Assembly: GCA_030390025.1 (NCBI GenBank) | Contig: CM059432.1 | Coordinates: 32,242,001-32,306,000, forward strand | Reading direction: 5' to 3' | Origin: Squalus acanthias | Lineage: Eukaryota | DNA: 64,000 nt | Shown here: in pieces, positions 48,429 to 61,585 of the stretch | Layout: the number at the start of each line of letters is the position of its first letter | Numbering within the stretch: position 1 is the first letter of the stretch | Translations under genes and position numbers: made by a program | The notes under the pieces: generated by a model | What the model saw: only the letters and a program-made list of their open reading frames with translations | Told to the model about the DNA's origin: nothing | Databases searched by the model: none

Positions 48429-49367
48429 CCAAGTCTACCACTGAGGGTTGATGTGGTTCCAAACTTCCATCACCAGCATCTTGGAGCCAAGAGACTTTGC
48501 TTACACTTGAGGTGCCGGTTAGTAAAGTAAAGAGGGCAGAGAGGCCCCAGGCGGCCAGTATATCATTGCTGTCCTGAAACCACAACAGCAACGTCAAAAC
48601 ACTTAAAGATCTCTTCAATTGTCCGCCAGGAATTTATTGCAACCGGAGAAAAATTCAGAGGTTGCAACTCATAAATAAATGAGCATTAAATCATGACTAA
48701 ATTCAACAAGTAGCTCACGATTCCAGATGCAAATATACTGCTCGTGCTCCGTCCTGTCTATCAGGACGTTTGCCAAAAGCTTATTGCTATTCTAAAATTT
48801 CTCCCCCCGCCACTGCCAGCTGGTCCAAGCTCCTCATTGTCTGCTCTCTCAGGATTGTAAATATGTCATTAATGGATTCATGTTCAGACTCAAGTACCTC
48901 CCAATTGCCTGTAATTACATTTTTCTGCTGTGAAGGCAGAGCTGAAGAAGAATTTTAATTCCGAGCTCCCAAGTTGTTCCGAAGGATAACCAAGTACAGA
49001 ACGATCCGTGTCTGTTGTACGCTTTGCTCAGTTGATTTGCTTGTAACTGTCCAGTAAGTGATAGAACCAGAACCCAGGGAGCGGGGCGGGGGGTGCGGGG
49101 GGGAGGGATTGAAGTGAGTGGAGCGGGGGGGCGGGGGGGTGGCGGGGAGAAAGAGAAATGATCGGCAATGTGACTGTATGAACCACACATAACAGACATT
49201 CACTTCTGGTATAAATCCTGGTGTAGCGTTAAATCAGCTGTTACCAGGAAGACAGATGGATTGAAATTGCTCTGCATTTTGCTACTACGTGTTAAGGTAA
49301 TCACATGGGATTATGTTGTCCACTGATTTAACGTAAGCATTAACACATTTGTTTTAAATGTGTTAAA

Positions 49368-49955
49368 GAAAGGAAAAACTTGCATTTATATATCATCTTT
49401 CAGAACCCTTATGACATCCCAAAGCACAGAGCAACCAAGGAAGTATTTTTGAAGTGCAGTTGCTTTTGTAACGTAGGAAACACACCAGCCAAGTTGTTTA
49501 TATTAAGGCCCCACAAACAGCAATTCGATAACTGACCAGTTAACCTTTTTTGATGATTTTGTTTGAGGGATAAATGCTGGCTAGGACACCAGGGAGAACA
49601 CTGCTACTCTGGTTTGAATAGTGCAATGGGATCAATTACATCCACCTGAGAGGGTAGTTTAACCTCCCATCCGAAAGACCACAGCTCTAACAGTGCAGCA
49701 CCTCTTCAGTACTGCACTGAAGTGTCAGCCTAGATTATGTTCTTAGGTCTCTGGAATGGGGCTTGAACCAATGTTCCCTATAAGCTGCGCGGCTGCACTC
49801 CAGGGATCCCGCGCAGCCGGTTTGCCAGCTTTTCAAAGCAAAAACTGCGCATTGCGTGGTATTTTGAATGGCCCCGCAGCGCCAAAGAAAATTAAAGGCA
49901 ACAGTGGCTTGAACCCACAACCTTCTAACTCAGAGGTGAGAGCGCTGAGCCACGG
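49368..49955 (-). mobile_element. Deu-domain SINE interrupted by a hAT MITE
   Basis: Reverse copy. The head resumes at 49907. Confidence 0.8.
49769..49906. mobile_element. hAT-like MITE, 138 bp
   Basis: Perfect 8-bp TSD GCTTGAAC (49761-49768 and 49907-49914). TIR CAATGTTCCCTATAA vs CACTGTTGCCTTTAA (12/15). Confidence 0.85.
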
Positions 49956-51164
49956 CTCATACATAGAGCACGGTATAATTGCATCTTCAACTTCCAAACT
50001 CAAGACATGATTATATACAGAACAGTCTGTTTAATCATACAGAGTAATTTAACGTATCTGTCTTAATCTCTTTTCCCAACCCATCCCATGAAGGATCTGT
50101 CTTTCTTCACCACCCTATCCTCTGCTAATGTGATATGTAAAACGTTATACTTTAAATTTAGTATTATTGTTTATTTTTGTAATGTTTTATGAGTGGTTGG
50201 TAGTGATTGAATCTCTTTTATTTGTGTGTCTGTAAGAGATAGAACACAACATTGGAAACAGCAGAAAGAGGGGTGATTGAAACGAGGAAAATCCTGAAAG
50301 GACTATATTTCAAAATATTCATGTTCTGGATAAAAAGTCCTGAACCTAGACGTGTTATATCAGCAGATAACTAAGAAATGTTTGGTGAAGCAGAAAAGAT
50401 GTAGGTTCATTTGGTCCTCTCTTGAATTTTAACTTTTTCATCCTCACTATAAAAACCCACCGGCTAGTCCATCGGTAGACTGCTTGTTCAACATTTGGAC
50501 TTACCTTAATGAAACTAATTCTGTGGCAAATAAAAATAATTGTTTTTAACACCAGCTGTCTCCTGTGCCTTATTGAGAGAGAAAGAACAAACGATGACAA
50601 AAGAAAGGTAATAAAGCAAATGTATAAATATAATGTAGAACATCTGTGTAGAAACAGCTGGTTTGCCTGGAAAGTAGAATTAACACCTACCTCTGCCACC
50701 CCAACAACTAAAATATTGTCTTTGGACCCCTCTTGCTGCTATCTGCCTTTCTATTATCTTATCTCTACAGCATAAGAAAAGTTAAATACAAGAAAAACCC
50801 ATTCAGCCCATCAAGCCTCATCCCTCTAGTATCCTACACTTCCATTGCAACAACCCAACTGCATTTCAAATGACCCTAATGTTCCTTTCTCCACTGGCAC
50901 ATTACTCCAAACATTTATTTCTAATATCTGTTTAAAATTAACTTTTCACTAACTTAAATTTATCTTTCTGGTCCTACTCACTTGGTTCAATATAAGGCTG
51001 GATTTACCCGATTATTCAGAATTTTGTACGCATTGATAAGGTCTCTCCATTAATGCCTTTGTTCGAGTTTGTAGAGCTTAAGCCCGCTAATAGTTCCTTG
51101 TAGCTCATCCGCCCTGTTACACTTTAGGGTTAATTGTTGTTCTTCACTGCACGCTCTCTAATGT

Positions 51165-51350
51165 GCAGCGGTTGACTCCTAACTCCCCTCTGAAGTGGTC
51201 TAGCAAACATTTCAGTTCTATCGAACCACCACAAAGAATTGCAGTGGTTCCAGGAGAAAGCCCAACATCACTTGCTTAAGGGCAACTCGGGATGGGCAAT
51301 AAATGCCGTCCTCGCCAGCGACGTCACATCCCAAGAATGAATAATAAAAA
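51165..51350 (+). mobile_element. Bipartite Zenon-derived SINE, 3' part
   Basis: The end of the head region is fused to the last codons and tail of the LINE. Confidence 0.7.
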
Positions 51351-51409
51351 ACAAACAAACAGATGAAGTGATCTTTTATTTCATTGTTTGTTTGTGGGGA
51401 TTTATGGTA

Positions 51410-52130
51410 TGGGTACAGTAGCATTGTGGTTATTTTCCTGGACTAATAATTCAACGAATGTGAATTCAAATCCCACCATGGCAGTTTGAGAATTTGAATT
51501 TAGCTTTTTTAAAAGCTGGCATCAGCTGGTTTCATACATGCATTTAAGGAGAAGTTAGATAAGTACATGAGGGAGAAAGGAATAGAGGATATGCTGATAT
51601 GGGTGAGATGAAGTAAATAGTGGGAGATGGCTCGTGTGGAGCATAAACACCAGTATAGACCAGTTGGGCTGAATAGCCTGTTTCTGTGCTGTATATTCTA
51701 CGTAATTCTATGTGAAAGTGACCATGAAGCTGTTGCATTGTCGTAAAATCCAACTAATCTCCTTTAGGGAAGGAAACCTGCCGTCCTTGCCGGTCTGCCC
51801 TATATGTTTCCCACAGTCCAAAGATGTGCGGGTTAGGTTGATTTGGCTATAATAAATTGACCCTTAGTGTTAGGGGGATTAAATACGTGGGGTTACGGGG
51901 ATAGGGTGGGATATGTGTCGGTGCAGGCTCGATGGGCCGAAATGGCCTCTATCTGCACTGTGGGGATTCTGTGATTCTGTGATTCTGTGATGTGACTCCA
52001 GTCCCGAAGCATTGTGGTTGACTCTTAACTGCCCTCTGAAGGGACCAAGCAAGCCACTTAATTGTACAAGGGCAATTGGGGATGGCAATAATTGCCAGCC
52101 TTGTCAGCAATGCCCACATCCTGAATACAA
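51410..52130 (+). mobile_element. Bipartite Zenon-derived SINE with nested CR1 tail (~51540-51712) and HE1-like SINE
   Basis: GGGTACAGTAGCATTGTGG head. The body resumes after each insertion. LINE-type tail. Confidence 0.75.
51808..51990 (+). mobile_element. HE1-like V-SINE, 5'-truncated
   Basis: CCCACAGTCCAAAGATGTGCGGGTTAGGTTGAT...TAAATTG (V-domain) plus a CR1-type GGGCCGAAATGGCC hairpin and (GATTCTGT)n tail. Confidence 0.75.
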
Positions 52131-52599
52131 ATTTAAAAATGAATAAAATAATTAATAAATGAATTTTTAAAAACTGTGCAACCTGACTACTGCTTTTGTC
52201 TTTATAACAACAGTGACTACACTTCTGTATGGCACTGTGAGATGTCCTAAAGATTTGATAAAGCACTGTTTAATTCTTTCTTTCCATTCAGTTATCTCTG
52301 TTGACTGTTCTATCACTCTCGGTCAAAACTACTTTTTGTTTCTTTGTATCTTTTTAAATAATTTTGCTCTGTCTTTGGTTTAGGCTTGACCTCCTTATTT
52401 TGATAGTGTGGTCCAGCATTTGTTCTCGAAGGAATTATTAAAGTTCTTCTTTCGAGGTGAATACCAGAAACTCACATCACAGAATACATTCACAGCCTAT
52501 GATTTTCCATCCATTAATTCTGAGTGCAGATGCAGAATTTTGCCCCATAATTTTTTTCTCTTAAATGTATATTTATATAAATGTCTAGTATCTACTCAT

Positions 52600-53275
52600 C
52601 AGACACCAGACGTCACGCGCCAGATGTCACGCACCAGATGTCACGTGCCAGACATCACGCGCCAGATGTCACGTGCCAGACGTCATGCGCCAGATGTCAC
52701 GTGCCAGATGTCACGCGCCAGACGTCTTGCACCAGTTGTCACCAACATTCCCTTTAAATATTTTCTTTGTGCGCAGTACCTTTAAATTTGCTGCACAGCC
52801 ACCTGCGTGGCGACACACATGCGGTATCTTAGAGGGAACAGCTTGTGAGCGGGCTGCGAGGTACCTTCCCAATTGCTGCGCGGCCGTGCATGCGCGCAGC
52901 TTAGAGGGAACGCTGGTAGTCACACATCAGATGTCACACACCAGATATTGCATTCCAGATGTTACACACTGACGTCACACACCAGATGTCACACACCAGA
53001 CATTGCATTCCAGATGTTACACACTGACGTCACACACCAGATGTCACACACCAGACATTGCATTCCAGATGTTACACACTGACGTCACACATCAGATGTC
53101 ACACACCAGACATTGCATTCCAGATGTTACACACTGACGTCACACACCAGACGCCACACACCAGACGTCACACACCAGACATCACACACCAGACATCACA
53201 CACCAGAGTCAAACATCAGACACCAGACGTCACACACCTGACATTATAGAGCAGACATCACACACCAGATGTTGC
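52600..53275. repeat. 14-bp (CCAGAYGTCACRCR) minisatellite with a 55-bp higher-order block
   Basis: Tandem units. CATTCCAGAT recurs at 52951, 53006, 53061 and 53116. Confidence 0.9.
52743..52915. mobile_element. hAT-like MITE (same family as 49769) inside the minisatellite
   Basis: TIR CAACATTCCCTTTAA vs CAGCGTTCCCTCTAA. Flanks GTTGTCAC/GTAGTCAC (7/8). Confidence 0.8.
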
Positions 53276-54103
53276 AGATTAAAACAATCTTAAAAAGAGG
53301 AGAAAGAAAGACATTGACCTGGAGCCTAAAATTTGCTTACCACTAATTGGCCTGAGCAGCTTACAAGCAGCTACAACTACCTGGATTCCCGCACAAAAGA
53401 CTTGAGCAGCAGCCGTAAAGAGACAGGCCAACTTATTAGGTACACATTGTAAGCACACTGTAAGTACCTGACATGAATGCCATAAGGGATCCACTAGATT
53501 CTTAAGAAAATGCAATTGTTCTCCTGTGTTATTTCGTAGTTCTGTTTCTAACTTAATTCCCTCTACAACTGTTCTCAAATCTCCAAAATTTGCTGTCTAG
53601 ATATCTACAGTCATACCTGTTGCCAAGTACAAACCTTGACAGGGATAGGGGAGAGATAATTATGGCTTCAGTTCTGATGTTCGCTTTGCCAATGATGGAA
53701 ATTCAGTAGCCTTAAGAACTAACAAACCAAGATTGTCCCTCCTAATTAGCATCCAGTCACCCCCTACTGGAAGAAGGCCTATATTTGGATGTTAGATGAG
53801 GACCAGACTGAGTGTGACTGTGATGCCCTTCGCAGCCAATGGACGATTGGTCACATTAATAAGGTCTCTGAGAGCTACCAAATTTTAACCCACGAAGAAT
53901 CAGTGCCTTCAGAAGAGGGGGGAATCTGGAAGGAAGCAAAATAAATATTTTGGTGCCCAGCAACGATCAATAATATATTAAAAATAATGAATGGTCTTAA
54001 GATTCTAATGGTATTGCAGCTGAAGGTGGCGCTGTAAGCATAACATCACTTGACCAATAATATAAGCCCCAATATTATGTGGTACTCCCCAAGCAAACAC
54101 AGA

Positions 54104-54725
54104 GGGCTGAATTTTAATTGGGAAGGTGGGGGGGTGGTTGGGTTGTGGTAGTGGGCTCGGGCGAAGATCGGGGGCCGGAGGAGCTAGGGGGGTCGGGGGC
54201 CGGTGAAGATCGGAGGCCGGGACCAGCACGGGGTGAGGGAGGGGTGGGAGGCGGATGAGGATCGGGGGCCGGAGGAGCGGCGGGTGGGGGGGAGTTAGGC
54301 AACGATCGGCAACCGAAGGAGCTTGAGGGGGGGAAGGCCTCATGGGGGGGGATCGGTGGCCTGGGGGGGAATCGAAGGCCAGGGGGGGAGGGGGGGTCGC
54401 CGATTGTAGGGGGTGGGTTAGGTAGGGACACTGGATCCAGGTTGTGAGTGTAAAGGCACTCCTGGATCCAGCAGTCCTTGCCTTGCATTAGCTGGCAGGT
54501 TTCACAACCAGCTACAGTTAAATTCAAAATGGAGGCTAAAGCAGAGGCTCCAGCCTCATTACAATACTTAAATAGGCAATCCGCCTCCTGAGAGCGGGTT
54601 GGTTGCCCGCCCCCGTCCCGCCTCCGGAAGTGGGCTGGTTGGAGGCAGTTTCTGGTTGGGATTCAGATTTTTATCTTTCCTCACGAACCCAACCCACCCA
54701 TTTTTTTCAGGTTAAAACTCCCCCC
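54104..54725. mobile_element. G-rich Harbinger-like MITE, 622 bp
   Basis: TIR GGGCTGAATTTTAA vs GGGGGGAGTTTTAA (11/14). 3-bp AGA on both flanks. Confidence 0.7.
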
Positions 54726-56209
54726 AGATGAATAAGTTTTTTGCCTCAAGCAAAAAGAACCCCTTCGCCCCACGGAGCCAACTTTCAGCACTGCACCAGT
54801 GAGCATGATTTAGAAACTGAACTATACAAGCCCCCCCCCCCCCCCCAACTGAGAAGAATTATGGCCCTCAAACACCTCACATCTCAGCAAGAACTCAGCC
54901 CTTAAACCCTTCCTCCCCCACTGAGCACGATTTCACCCCCACTTCCCCACCAAAGACAGGATCACACCCCTTTCCAACCACCCCACCACCACCACCGCCC
55001 CCCCCCCCACCTCCGCTGGATGTATTTCCCATTCCACATTCCAATCCACCTGCTGGCTGACAATCCCTTTCTACCCAAACCCCTCATCCCTTGTAGTTGC
55101 CTCTCACAGGCTACTCCTACCCTGCATCATTTCCCCTTTGACAGCTCCCCACCCAACCCCGGCTGCGCTCCCCATCCACAGCACCTCTGATTGTATTTCT
55201 TCTCCCTGAGCGCTGGCTGTTCCATCCCTTAATTTCCCTACCACCACTGATCTGAATTCCCTTCCTGTCTCTCCTTCTCCTTGCTCGTCTCCTCTCCTGT
55301 CCACTCCTTTCCCATTGTCCCCCCCCCCACCTTTTCTCCTCTCCCCTCTCCTCTTCCCCTCTCCCCTTCTCTCCCATCCCCTCTCCTCTCCCATCCACCC
55401 CTTTCCCACTGCATAGAATTTACAGCATAGAAACAGGCCAAGCAGCCAACTGCTCTATGCCAGTCCGTCCTCCCCTCCTCTCCCCTCTCCTCTTCCCTTC
55501 TCCACCCCCCCCCTTATTTGCCTCCCCTTCCTCCACTTTCCTCCCCCACGCTAGTTCCGTTAAACCACACACCCCCACCCTGTTTGATCTGAAACCTTCA
55601 AATTGATCTTGACTACCCACATCCAAAGCAACGACAACTCGACTATGTTAAAAAAAACTGGACATTCCACTGAAAGAAAGTAATGACTCCAGCAAGAGAG
55701 TAATAATCTGTGATAAACCTGGTTCTCAGATAGAAATCTGGCTCTTCTCAATATATCGATTTGGACACAAGATAACTGGTGAACTCAGCAAGTCCAAAGT
55801 CAGATGGGTGCCAACTCTATCCTTGGATTGTTATTTTTGGCCTTGGTTAAATGAGCAACCTATTTATATTCAGTTAAAGTGCTCCTACGGACTGCTAGTT
55901 TTACTGTTAATATTTAATTAAAGGTTAGACTTCAGCAGATTAGCAATGTGACACGAGCATACCACCTTCAAATTCTTCACATTACCCAGACTGAACATCG
56001 AATGCCCCCTCAGCATTTATATTAAATATATTTAAGTATATTAATCATATAAAATATATTAAATATATAATATATGTGTGCGCATGTATATAGTATATAT
56101 ATATATGTGTGTATGTGGGTGTGTGTGTAAGGCGGGGGATTTCAGTGAATGGGCCTGGGTGGCTGGAGGCTGTGCTATAAATGAGTGTCAACAGGCTATT
56201 TGGTCATGG

Positions 56210-56450
56210 GAGATACCACAACCAAGCCCAATTCTGTGCTTAATCGACATCTAATTTCTAACAGGAATCACTGGATAGCAATCAGGAACCTTAATGGCTT
56301 ATTTGTCCTCTTTTCCTACACCAGGAATGCTAATGCCAATTGCAGCATCCATACTGACAGTCGTGCTAAGGTCAGCTAACTCAGCACAGACCTGGAATCA
56401 AACCTGGGGTATTCCTGGTCTCTACGGCTCAGTATCACACAAGGCAGTGT
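56210..56450 (-). mobile_element. Old tRNA-derived SINE (unnamed family)
   Basis: TCAGCTAACTCAGCACAGACC...AAACC is the reverse complement of the family motif. Confidence 0.6.
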
Positions 56451-56871
56451 ATTAACATATCAAAATATTGGACAGGTAAAGACCGGCTGGTCCATCGAGC
56501 ATGTCCCAAACAGTCATGATACACCAAAGCATCGTGACTCCCATGGTTCCCTCCCACTGGTCGTCATGTAATTTCTGGGGAGAGGCAAAAAAAAAAATTT
56601 AAAAACACCATTGGCCAATTCAGGGGGAAAATTCTGGGGGATTCCTCTCTAAGACGATCAAGAACCAGTTCCTGGAGATCACAGTGACTATGATCTATAA
56701 ACCAAGTCCCACCTACCTTCTGTGCATAATAATATTATCCTGTTGCGCCATGGGGGGTAAAACTCCCTTCGCTGAGAGTGTACAGAGTTTCCTCTTATTG
56801 AACTGCTCGTTACAAATAACCTCATTTCACTGTTAAAAAAAATACAAATTCATATCTGAAGATACTGCCAA

Positions 56872-57886
56872 TTATCACAGCCCCAGGATATCGCTGCAGG
56901 AGTTCCTCAGGGCAGTGTCCTAGGCCCAACCATCTTCAGCTGCTTCATCAATGACTTTCCCTAAGGTCAGAAATGGGGATGTTCGCTGATGACTGCACAG
57001 TGTTCAGTGCCATTCACAACTCCTCAGATAATGAAACAGTCCATACCCGCATGCAACAAGACCTGGACGACATTCAGGCTTGGGCTGATAAGTGGCAGGT
57101 ACATTCACACCACACAAGTGCCAGGCAATGACTATCTCCAACAAGCGAGAGTCTAAGCATCGCCTCTTGACATTCAACGGCATTACCATCGCCGAATCCC
57201 CCACCAACAACATCTTGGGGGATACCATTGACCAGAAACTTAACTGGACTAGCCACATAAATACTGTGGCAACAAGAGCAGGTCAGAGGCTAGGTATTCT
57301 GCGGCGAGTGTCTCACCTCCTGACTCCCCAAAGCCTTTCCACTATCTACAAGGCACAAGTCAGGAGTGTGATGGAATACTCTCCACTTGCCTGGATGAGT
57401 GCAGCTCCAACAACACTCAAGAAGCTCAACACCATCCAGGACAAAGCAACCCGCTTGATTGGCATCCCATCCACCACCTTAAACATTCACTCCCTCCACC
57501 ACCGGTGTACTGTGGCTGCAGTGTGTACCATCTACAAGATGCACTGCAGCAACTCGCCAAGACTTCTTCGGCAGCACCTCCCAAACCCGCGACCTCTTCC
57601 ACCTAGAATGACAAGGGCAGCAGGCGCATGGGAACACCAGCAGCTCCAAGTTCCCCTCCAAGTCACACACCATCCTGACTTAGAAGTATATCGCCAGTCC
57701 TTCATCGTCGCTGGGTCAAAATCCTGGAACTCCCTCCCTAATAGCACTGTGGGAGTACCATCACCACACAGACTGCAGCGGTTCAAGGCAGCAGCTCACC
57801 ACCACCTTCTCAAGGACAATTAGGGATGGGTAATAAATGCTGGCCTTGCCAGCGACGCCCACATCCCATAAACAAATTAAAAAAAA
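56872..57886 (+). mobile_element. Zenon-like LINE, 5'-truncated
   Basis: [10 protein letters not shown] and FADD. ORF 57092-57823 is highly similar to the C-terminal part of 33199-34905. A-rich tail. Confidence 0.95.
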
Positions 57887-58147
57887 TACTAATCTCAAAA
57901 TGAGTGATGGAGGACCCAGTAGCATCCCTTATCTGTAGTTCAGCAATCTATTCACAAGTGGAATGTTGTGCATTCCAAGTTCTCTTTTATAAATCATGAA
58001 AAACAAACAAGGGTTTCACACAAACAGCTCCTGCTTTACATTAGATCAGCAGCAAAATTATGAGATTACAGGCCTGTAGGGATAGAATTCCGATTGACAA
58101 TGCTCAGGAACAATGCTTGTACTGCGCTCCCTGTCCCCAATTTTTTT

Positions 58148-58400
58148 AGAAAGAAAGAACTTGCATTTATATAGCGCCTTTCTTGACCTCAGGATGTTCC
58201 AAAGCGCTTTACAGCCAATGAGGCACTTTTTGAAGTGTAATCACTATTGTAATGTAGGTAAACGCAGCAGACAATTTGCGCACAGCATGATCCCATAAAC
58301 AGCAATAAGACGAATGGTCATTTAATCTGTTTCAGTGGTGTTGGCTGAGGGACGAATGTTGACCAGGGCTACTCTTCTTTGAATAGTGGCGTGGGATCTT
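58148..58400 (-). mobile_element. Deu-domain SINE 3' half
   Basis: Reverse tail and core. Confidence 0.8.
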
Positions 58401-58889
58401 AAAGACATAACAATTCTTTTATGTTCTCCTAGCAACCACTTGAGTCAAATTCCTGAGACGTCTGTCCGTGTAATACTTATTGCTGTCCTGAAACTTTTTG
58501 TTCTGCTGCCCAATATTGGGAAAGAAGAGAAGAACTCGCCACCTTTCAGTTTTAGATCATTTATTTCTTTTAATTACTGAAGAATAGTAGGATATTTGCA
58601 AAGAGAGCAAACCCAGGCTTGCTCCTCAAATATTGGTTTATTTAAAGAGTCACTGTGTTTGTTGAATAGTGTTTGACTAAGCTCTGTATCTACGACTCTG
58701 TTGATGCAATTCCCATTGAAATACGCGACTGTTGTGAAAAAGCCTCAAGGTTGCGTATTTGCTGGGGTTGGGTTTTTTTTATCCCCAGCTCCAACTTTCT
58801 CAATTGAAGGCACCAACTCAGGCTGGGCTCCGGTCCCATGGGCCCTCTGGAATCTTACCCAAGTGGCCATCAGGCATGACCCCAGGCAG

Positions 58890-59195
58890 GGAATATCAGT
58901 TAAACTGAGGCACTGTCTGTTCACTCAAAAATCCAATGGCACTATTAGAAGAGTAGGGGAGTTCTCCCCAGTGGCCTGAGTCAATATTTATTCCTCAATC
59001 AACATCAATTAAATAGATTATCTGGTCATTATCACATTGCTGTTTGTGGGAGCTTGCTGTGTGCAAATTGGCTGCCACATTTCCTACATTACAACAGTGA
59101 CTACACTTCAAAGCTACTTTATTGGTTGTAAAGCACTTTGGGATGACCTGAGGCTGTGAAAGGCGCTACATAAATGCAAGTTTTTTCTTTTCTTT
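58890..59195 (+). mobile_element. Deu-domain SINE 3' half
   Basis: Core and AGGCGCTACATAAATGCAAG tail. Confidence 0.8.
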
Positions 59196-61074
59196 CTATC
59201 TTTTGGCTATTCGACCACTGGAAGTATCACAGCCAATCCTGTACTCACCCTACATACTTATATGCATGCATGCACATACGTGCACGCACACACACTTTTC
59301 ATCATGGGATACTGGATAGAGATTGGTAAAGGTGATACGGGTTATTTTACCTTCCCCCAGCAAAAGGACTCTGAGGCCAATTGTAGTGTTGCTAGCGCTG
59401 CCTCATCTGAGATCTTCTATCTTTAACACTCCAGAGCATAAACCTCTGGACATTCCCGGTCTGTATGGCTCAATGCTGATAAATATGGTGCGTGCATATT
59501 GTTAACTGAACACTAGATGACCCCCCCCCCCCGCCCCGCCCCCCCCCCCCCCCCCCCGATGGGAGTAACCACATTGAAGCAATTACACTGCAAGGTCTCT
59601 CTTGTATTGCTTTGTTATTCTTTGGCGAAATGTTCCAGAGGGTCTGGAAATAAAAGCAGCCAGTCATTACCACACCAATTTGAGTGTTTATTCAGACATA
59701 ACAAGTGCCACATTGGGCAGTGCATGAACCAACCAAGGCACCAAGAGAGCGCCACTCACATCACTTATTTGGGATTTTATTGTTCTCTTTCTATGCCTTT
59801 TTGTGTGGCTGCTGGTGGGTTTTTTGAGGTTACACAGCTCTCAGTTAAGCCAAGCAAGCTTTTTTTCTGCGTTTTTATCTCCATCTGAGACATCTAAGAT
59901 GTAAATCAGGTGGCCAGGCATGTTGTGACCTAATCACTACACTGGGATGTTCCCAACACCCACCTCACCCCATGAATTTTCTAGCTCTAGGTCTATATTA
60001 TACGGGGGATCTGCTGCCCATTATTTCTCCCTGTTCGTTGACAATGTAAGCAGGTCCTGTTGTTCCCTTCAGGGCCTCTCCTTCACTATTATTTCCCCCA
60101 GATTTCCTTTCCTCCCGAGGCATCGACTCATGTTCGGGTTAGGGTTAGGTTAGGGCATTCAGTTATTCATCATGTGTAAGGTCTGACCATGAGTGTTGAA
60201 AGGCTGTTCGACCATGAGGTGGTGCATTACAGCCGGGTCTGATCCTACCCTTAAGCAACGCCCATTCAGGTACATGCCCCAGCAACGGTCACTGAATAGC
60301 AAATAGGAGCTGGACCCCTGACTCATTTTCCCTTCCCTACTTCAGGGGTGTTGAGCACTACTTAGTGCCTACTGAAATCAGCTAACTCAGCATGAACCCT
60401 GGATTGAGCCTGAGGCCTTCCTTGTCCATTACTGTTTTTATACTGGTGCTTGGATTCAATGACAGCACATCAAAGAACTGCCTCCCAGCGTTTACACCAC
60501 TAAATTCAGCTCTCTAATCCCTTTGGCATAATCCTAGAACTAGTTTTTCATAAATCTGCCGTTCTGTTGTCAGGATAGGGTCGGGTTGCACGGTAAATGC
60601 CAAAAGCCAGCTCATGGATGCCAGTCTCCACAAATACCAGCTAAACGAGCGCCAGTTTAAGAGCAGCTTATACCGTTCACTGCCACATTGGGCATCAGGG
60701 AGAGTGTGTCATGTATTTGTAAATAGACAGTGCTTTTTCATTAGCTTGACAAGAGCACAACAACACGCCTTAAATAACATTTTCTAATAAAGGCCGAACG
60801 TAGAGGGTGAGTGGCCTAAGAAACCCCTTGCTCCTCCGCATTTACTTTCACATCACACCAGTAGGCTCCTTGTGAATGGAAGTCAGAGGGGAAGCGTGAA
60901 TGATCGCAGCAGATACCCACCGGCATCAAGCAGTGGCGTCATGACACACAACACCTAAGTGTAACTGGGGTATATATGTGACACTGATGTCAAGAAAGGA
61001 ACATGCCCAGATCACATTACTATTGGTGCAGTGCTTTTGCAAGGTGCAGTTAGAGCAAAGACAGGATTCATTCA

Positions 61075-61585
61075 TGAATTCCTCAGGATTTGGGCATCAT
61101 TGGCAAGGCTGCATTTATTACCCATCCCTAGTTGCCCAAATTTGATACAACTGGGTGGCTTGCTAGGCCACTTCAGAGGGCAGTTAAAAAGAAAGACTTG
61201 CATTTATATATAGCGCCTTTCATGACCACTGGATGTCTCAAAGCGCTTTACAGCCAATTAAGTACTTTTGAAGTGGAGTCACTGTTGTAATGTGGGAAAT
61301 GCGGCAGCCAATTTGCACACAACAAGGTCCCACAAACAGCAATGTGATAATGACCAGATAATCTGTTTTTGTTATGTTGGTTGAGGGATAAATATTGACC
61401 AGGACACCGAGGATAACTCCCCTGCTCTTCTTCGAAATAGTGCCATGGGATTTTTTACGTCCACCTGAGAGAGCAGACGGGGCCTCGGTTTAACGTCTCA
61501 TCCGAAAACGGCACCTCCGACAGTGCAGCAGTTAAGAGTCAACCACATTGGTGTCAGACTGAAGCCAGACCGGGTAAGGACGGGA
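61075..61585 (-). mobile_element. Bipartite Zenon-derived SINE interrupted by a Deu-SINE (61188-61527, -)
   Basis: 8-bp TSD GCAGTTAA at 61180-61187 and 61528-61535. Confidence 0.85.

Noticed and set aside
53279..53578. 99-aa hydrophobic ORF ending near a minus-strand donor
   Set aside because: No recognisable homology and no strong acceptor, so it cannot be supported as a CDS.
54005..55626. Pro-rich and Gly/Arg-rich ORFs
   Set aside because: Low-complexity G/C-skewed DNA (MITE interior and polypyrimidine tract), not coding-like.
60136..60154. GGGTTAGGGTTAGGTTAGGG as interstitial telomere
   Set aside because: Only about three imperfect units, too short to be meaningful.
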